Shown: positions 62,849 through 64,000 of the stretch, piece after piece
Layout: the number at the start of each line of letters is the position of its first letter
Numbering within the stretch: the first letter of the stretch is position 1
Assembly: GCA_019751125.1 (NCBI GenBank)
Contig: JAIENU010000011.1
Location: forward strand, 291 to 64,290
DNA: 64,000 nucleotides
From: Burkholderiales bacterium
GTDB lineage: Bacteria; Pseudomonadota; Gammaproteobacteria; Burkholderiales; SG8-41
Reading direction: 5' to 3'
Made by a program: the position numbers and the translations under genes
Notes under the pieces: generated by a model
The model's database searches: none
What the model was told of the DNA's origin: nothing
The model's input: only the letters and a program-made list of their open reading frames with translations

Positions 62849-63268
62849 TCATGGTTCGAACACCCGGTTGCCCGAGCGCGGCGGCCGCGTCTGCAGGTGG
62901 CACCAGCCGCGGGTGGCGTCCGGATGTTCCAGCCACAGCCCGAGTTCTTCGAGCACCGGCAGGTTGGCCATGCACCAGGCATCGAGCGCGCCGTCGCGGT
63001 CTTCGAGGTCGATGGCGAGGCAGCTGATATGTTTGCTGCCGCTGGCCGCACCGGGCACGGTGGCATTGAGCGCGGCAGGACGCCAGCCCGAGCTGACCTT
63101 GCGCATCATGCCCGCGCGCTTGAGCAGGCGGTTGACGCGGCGCAGGGTGTCGCGCGCATTGGCGCGCAGCTCGCGGCTGAGTTCGCTGCGGTATTCAACA
63201 TCGCGGCCCATGTAATAGTCGGCCAGTTTCAGCACGGTGCTGCGGGGCTTGGTGATCATGGGGCGCAA
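62849..63268 (-). CDS. Peptidase M15-type (LAS family, D-Ala-D-Ala carboxypeptidase-like) metallohydrolase
   Basis: Contains SGWRP...SKHISCLAIDLED...GWCHLQ (the H-x-D ... H zinc ligand pattern). The ORF-track start is TTG; ATG 63259 is the likely start. Confidence 0.65.
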   Translation of the reverse strand: MRPMITKPRSTVLKLADYYMGRDVEYRSELSRELRANARDTLRRVNRLLKRAGMMRKVSSGWRPAALNATVPGAASGSKHISCLAIDLEDRDGALDAWCMANLPVLEELGLWLEHPDATRGWCHLQTRPPRSGNRVFEP

Positions 63269-63327
63269 GATTACCCGATCACGCCGCGCCTGTTTACACT
63301 GGCGTCCTTGTCCGGGAGATCCGACGC

Positions 63328-64000
63328 ATGAATGATGGTCCCAATGTTGACGCCTATTCGCCGCAGCAGATCGCCGAACGGGTGGACAGCCTCGGCGTGG
63401 CCAAGGCGCGGCTGCCCCTGCTGTCGATGGTGATGCTGGGCATGCTCGCCGGCGCCTTCATCGGGCTCGGCGCACTGTATTACACGCTGGTGGTCAGCGA
63501 CGCTGCGCTGTCCTTTGCCGCCAGCCGCGTGCTCGGCGGCGTGTGTTTTTCGCTGGGGCTGCTGCTGGTGGTGGTGGCGGGTGCCGAGCTGTTCACCGGC
63601 AACAACCTGCTGGCGATGGCCTGGGCCGGCGGCAAGGTCAGCACGGCCGAGGTGCTGCGCAACTGGGCCGTGGTGTGCCTCGCCAACTTTGCCGGCGCCG
63701 CGGGGCTGGCGCTGCTGGTCTACCTGTCAGGCCACGCCAGCCTCAACGGCGGCGAGGTGGGGCAGACCTACATGAAGATCGCCGCCGCCAAGAGCACGAT
63801 GCCGGTGACCGAGCTGTTTTTCCGCGGTGCCCTGTGCAACGTGCTGGTGTGCATGGCGGTGTGGATGGTGCTCGCCGGGCGTACCGTGGTCGACAAGTTC
63901 GTGGCCATAGTGCTGCCGATCTCGGCCTTTGTCGCCGCGGGATTCGAGCATTCGATCGCCAACATGTATTTCTTCCCGCTGGCGCTGCTGCTGAAGGACA
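63328..64000 (+). CDS. Formate/nitrite transporter family channel (partial, runs off the window end)
   Basis: My own translation from ATG 63328 gives MNDGPNVDAYSPQQIAERVDSLGVAKARLPLLSMVMLGMLAGAFIGLGALYY...AGAELFTGNN...GFEHSIANMYFFPLALLLK. The FNT signature motifs are present. Confidence 0.85.
   Translation, partial: MNDGPNVDAYSPQQIAERVDSLGVAKARLPLLSMVMLGMLAGAFIGLGALYYTLVVSDAALSFAASRVLGGVCFSLGLLLVVVAGAELFTGNNLLAMAWAGGKVSTAEVLRNWAVVCLANFAGAAGLALLVYLSGHASLNGGEVGQTYMKIAAAKSTMPVTELFFRGALCNVLVCMAVWMVLAGRTVVDKFVAIVLPISAFVAAGFEHSIANMYFFPLALLLKD

Overview
This is a high-GC bacterial chromosomal segment, judged by eye. Gene content suggests a beta-proteobacterium of the Burkholderiales type, but that is inference only.

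The backbone is catabolic and transport genes. It carries ten paralogous Bug/TctC-type periplasmic solute receptors and no tctA/tctB. It also has a Dpp-like ABC importer operon ending in an allophanate-hydrolase-like amidase and a GntR regulator. Other backbone genes include OYE, SDR, GGT, PrpF, enolase-superfamily and class-V aminotransferase genes, plus housekeeping genes at the right end (FKBP, AmiD-like amidase, exonuclease, MFS, nitroreductase, partial FNT channel).

Two accessory clusters interrupt the backbone.
- 22.1-26.3 kb: a Phd-like/zeta-like TA pair, a MoxR AAA+ ATPase with a CoxE-like VWA protein, and a Gp49/HigB-like plus XRE TA cassette. The cassette insertion is marked by a 66-bp duplicate of the VWA gene 3' end.
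- 27.7-40.4 kb: a defence island. It holds an XRE/AbiEii TA pair, a SeqA-N/DUF4357-like protein, an MDR oxidoreductase, a type I R-M system (long 835-aa HsdM, HsdS, HsdR) and a translationally coupled DUF45 Zn-peptidase. It ends in a sharply AT-rich two-gene operon (38517-40093) that I cannot place in any named family.

The second gene of that operon shows a PD-(D/E)xK nuclease-like motif. This operon is my best candidate for an undescribed defence module.

Non-coding observations:
- a family of AT-rich intergenic elements with the core AAAAACAA (7 copies)
- GC-rich REP-like palindromes (3 copies)
- a G5-A-G5-A-G5-A-G6 quadruplex-type hexanucleotide repeat inside hsdM
- several palindromic operators
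- a probable leaderless toxin promoter

I recognised no rRNA, tRNA, CRISPR array, integrase or transposase. All family calls come from motif recognition by eye; no searches were run.
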